From positions 1 to 28,514 of the forward strand of contig JBFMGO010000081.1 in assembly GCA_040752695.1 (NCBI GenBank): 28,514 bases of DNA, written 5' to 3'. The DNA is from a bacterium (GTDB lineage Bacteria; SZUA-182; DTGQ01). The translations under genes and the position numbers were made by a program. The notes beneath the pieces were generated by a model. It did no database searches and was not told where the DNA came from. It saw only the letters and a list, made by a program, of their open reading frames with translations. Of the stretch, positions 26,135 to 28,514 are shown in pieces; position 1 is the first letter of the stretch; each line of letters opens with the position of its first letter.

Positions 26135-26572
26135 ATGAAAAAATCGACAAGAACGATAGTATCCATAACGCTGCTCTTAGCGCTCAGTCTTTTCTCTTGT
26201 ACCAAAAGGAGCAGGTACGATGAACTCAGTGACAGGATTATTGTATTATTCCAGCAAGGGCAGTATCCTGAAGCAGAAAAGTTAGCGAAAGAGGCGGTAA
26301 CGATCGCCAAAGAGACGTTTGGCCCAAATCATGCAAAAACAGCAGCTTCTCTGGATACACTGGCCATGATATTCTGCTCCCAAAGAAATTACGAGCAAGC
26401 TGAACCTCTCTATAAGGAAACCTTAGCCATAATGGAAAAAGTATCGGGGCCGGAGAGTCCTGATCTGGCACATGTTCTGGAAAATATGGCCGGGTTCTAC
26501 CGGACTGTGGGGAATGAAGAAGAGGCTGAAAGACTGACTGCGAGACTGAATAAGATTCGGTCCAATCACTGA
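26135..26572 (+). CDS. Tetratricopeptide-repeat lipoprotein
   Basis: Signal peptide ending in lipobox LFSC; kinesin-light-chain-type TPRs (QGQYPEAE..., GPNHAKTAASLDTLA...YEQAEPLY). Confidence 0.8.
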   Translation: MKKSTRTIVSITLLLALSLFSCTKRSRYDELSDRIIVLFQQGQYPEAEKLAKEAVTIAKETFGPNHAKTAASLDTLAMIFCSQRNYEQAEPLYKETLAIMEKVSGPESPDLAHVLENMAGFYRTVGNEEEAERLTARLNKIRSNH

Positions 26573-27264
26573 CCGATGGCCCCTGCACCTGTATTTCCCT
26601 GCGGTAAAAACACTGCACCGACTGCACTCACAAAGTCGGCAATGTAGTCAGTGCCGCTCCAGGCAAGGTCGATATCAAAACACCTTTTGACAAGGGAAAT
26701 GACATTTACCCCCAACGATTCAAGACTGTATATCCTCTCCATCGGCTTTTTGCAACTCTGATCACCTTCCTCAACTGCACACACCTTACAGGCTGAACAT
26801 GCACCAGAGCCTGCAACCAGATACCCTGCCTCACGCTGTTTCAAAAGATCGTTTACCAGGAGGTCTCTGGCCATTCTAAAACAGGAACGGTATCTTTCTT
26901 CAATGAACTCGAAATACCCGGTGGGCACTCTCAGACATATCACTCTCGCTGCATGAGCTCCTTGTATGTAGTGGAGGAAAGAGGGACTGTAGGGTGGGCA
27001 TGACAGGTTTTTTCCATACTTCGGGCACCCCTCGCACGGCACTTTATACCGGTCGCCATGGTTGATATCCGCCAGGGTCACTATACCTTCGTACCGTTCA
27101 TACAATAGCATGCTGCCCGTGGCATCGACATGTTCGATGACGTCAACATTCCATTTCTGATCATTTGTATGTTTCTGATCACTTGTGTGCTTTTGATTGC
27201 TTGTATGCTTCTGATCGTCGTTTGTGTGCTTCTGGTTTTTTCTTTGCTGCGGCTGGTAAGCCAT
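26566..27264 (-). CDS. DUF2284 Cys-rich predicted metal-binding protein with repeat N-terminus
   Basis: CEGCPKYGKNLSCPP, GACSACKVC...CKKP, SLESLGVNV. Confidence 0.85.
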   Translation of the reverse strand: MAYQPQQRKNQKHTNDDQKHTSNQKHTSDQKHTNDQKWNVDVIEHVDATGSMLLYERYEGIVTLADINHGDRYKVPCEGCPKYGKNLSCPPYSPSFLHYIQGAHAARVICLRVPTGYFEFIEERYRSCFRMARDLLVNDLLKQREAGYLVAGSGACSACKVCAVEEGDQSCKKPMERIYSLESLGVNVISLVKRCFDIDLAWSGTDYIADFVSAVGAVFLPQGNTGAGAIGQ

Positions 27265-27293
27265 TTCCCCAATTGTTCCTTTCTGCTCTGTAT

Positions 27294-28295
27294 CTATCTT
27301 CTGGCAATCCGGGACTCACAAAAGTGGATTAACCGGCTGATGAGCTGATTCGTGGGGGCAGATATGCCCAGTGGTAAAGCCATTTGGCTGATGGCACCGT
27401 TGAGGGCATCGATTTCGGTCTTTTTCCCTTTTTGCAGATCCTGAAGCATGGAGGCATGGTGAGAAGCAGTGGCCGGGATGAGATTGTTGATGAGGTGTTC
27501 AAAGTATTCTCCTGCTGTTTCTTGAGGCAACACAATCCCTTTTCGCTCCGCCACCTGGTAAATTTCACTCACGATCTCTTTCATAATGGTCCTGGTTTCC
27601 TGGTTTTCCCCCAATTCCCCGTAGGTCACTCTGAGCAGCGCGGCCAGTGGATTGAGAGCACAATTGTATAAGACCTTTGCCCAGATGAATGGAAAGATAT
27701 TGTCGACCATACCGGTCGGGATGCATGCTTTCTGGAAATCCTCAACAATTTGCCTGATCTTTTCCGATTGCCTGATCTTTCCCGAAGATGATCCATCCTG
27801 CTCCGCAGCACCCGCGGCAGCACCCGCCGGAGCATCCCCTATGGCTCCCAGCAAGACTTTATCTGCACATACGGTGACTTTCGCCTCTCCAGGCCGGGGA
27901 ATCTCAACACCAAAAATCACCCTTCCGCCAACGGTGCGGCTTATGGTTGCCTGATCAGCGATCTTTTCCACATTCCCAAGCCCATTCTGGAGTGAGATCA
28001 CCAGGCCATCGTCAGCTAACAGAGGAACAATCTGCCTTACAGCTTCAGCAGTATCAAAAGACTTAACACACAGGAGAATGATCTGACAGGGGGAGAGAAT
28101 TTCCTGAATTGAGGAAAAAGTCCTCAGTCCTTCAGCCCTGTGCTCTCCCCAGATCCCGTGAATATATAACCCGTGCTTTCGGATTTCTTCAAAATGCCCG
28201 CCTCTTCCCAGAAACCCTACTTCCTGACCGGAAAGATGGAGAAATCCACCGAATATGCTTCCCAATGCTCCTGTTCCTGTTACCAGATACTTCAC
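27294..28295 (-). CDS. panE: 2-dehydropantoate 2-reductase (ketopantoate reductase)
   Basis: GTGALG Rossmann motif, LCVKSFD, SLQNGLG, WAKVLYNCALNPL, SMLQDL..GKKTEIDALNG. In-frame GTG at 28295 follows AAGGGG. Confidence 0.9.
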   Translation of the reverse strand: MKYLVTGTGALGSIFGGFLHLSGQEVGFLGRGGHFEEIRKHGLYIHGIWGEHRAEGLRTFSSIQEILSPCQIILLCVKSFDTAEAVRQIVPLLADDGLVISLQNGLGNVEKIADQATISRTVGGRVIFGVEIPRPGEAKVTVCADKVLLGAIGDAPAGAAAGAAEQDGSSSGKIRQSEKIRQIVEDFQKACIPTGMVDNIFPFIWAKVLYNCALNPLAALLRVTYGELGENQETRTIMKEIVSEIYQVAERKGIVLPQETAGEYFEHLINNLIPATASHHASMLQDLQKGKKTEIDALNGAISQMALPLGISAPTNQLISRLIHFCESRIARR

Positions 28296-28344
28296 GTATT
28301 CTTTCCCCTTATGATAACAATAAACGCTCATATTAGGGAAGCCA

Positions 28345-28388
28345 TCAAATCCCGTCATTCCCGCGAAAGCGGGAATGACGGGATTTGA
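28345..28388. repeat. Perfect 20-bp hairpin containing the same REP-like motif
   Basis: TCAAATCCCGTCATTCCCGC-GAAA-GCGGGAATGACGGGATTTGA. Confidence 0.88.
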
Positions 28389-28514
28389 AGCCTTCTATAG
28401 TAGGTGTGTTGCCTTATAATTATGAGCGACAATAAAAAAGAAACGCCGGATTAGCTCAATCCCGCACTGATTCAATCCCGCTTCATTGCCTCCTGTCTAA
28501 GCTCCCCGGGCATC

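Noticed and set aside
28296..28358. N-terminal extension of the PanE ORF
   Set aside because: The ATG lies inside the REP hairpin; GTG 28295 has an SD and matches the usual family start.

Overview
Bacterial (Gram-negative, lipid A-producing) chromosomal window. It opens with the end of an LPS/lipid A cluster: a DegT-family aminotransferase tail, lpxB and a DUF374/LpxJ-like acyltransferase. Next come a perfect sigma70 promoter, a cobalamin riboswitch with a terminator, and an ~18 kb anaerobic cobalamin operon: cobT, cobD, cbiB, cbiX-cbiC fusion, cbiMNQO, cbiD, cbiET, cbiL, cobO, cbiF, cbiG, cbiH, cbiA, cbiP. No cbiJ, cobU or cobS is present. An accessory block follows: membrane protein, arsM, TIGR00266, Nudix, VOC, RNase H-like exonuclease, TPR lipoprotein, DUF2284, panE. 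Two things stand out. (1) Short, progressively drifting tandem repeats fill most spacers of the cob operon and many protein termini and loops. Their periods are multiples of 3 inside CDSs and mostly not (10, 11, 13, 14, 17, 19, 20 bp) outside; several build Shine-Dalgarno sites, duplicate start/stop codons or create His-periodic tails. (2) A 148-bp MITE-like element with 19-bp TIRs and a 7-bp target duplication carries a REP-like doublet, and a collapsed derivative of that doublet lies upstream of panE. All calls come from reading the sequence and ORF translations; no searches were run.
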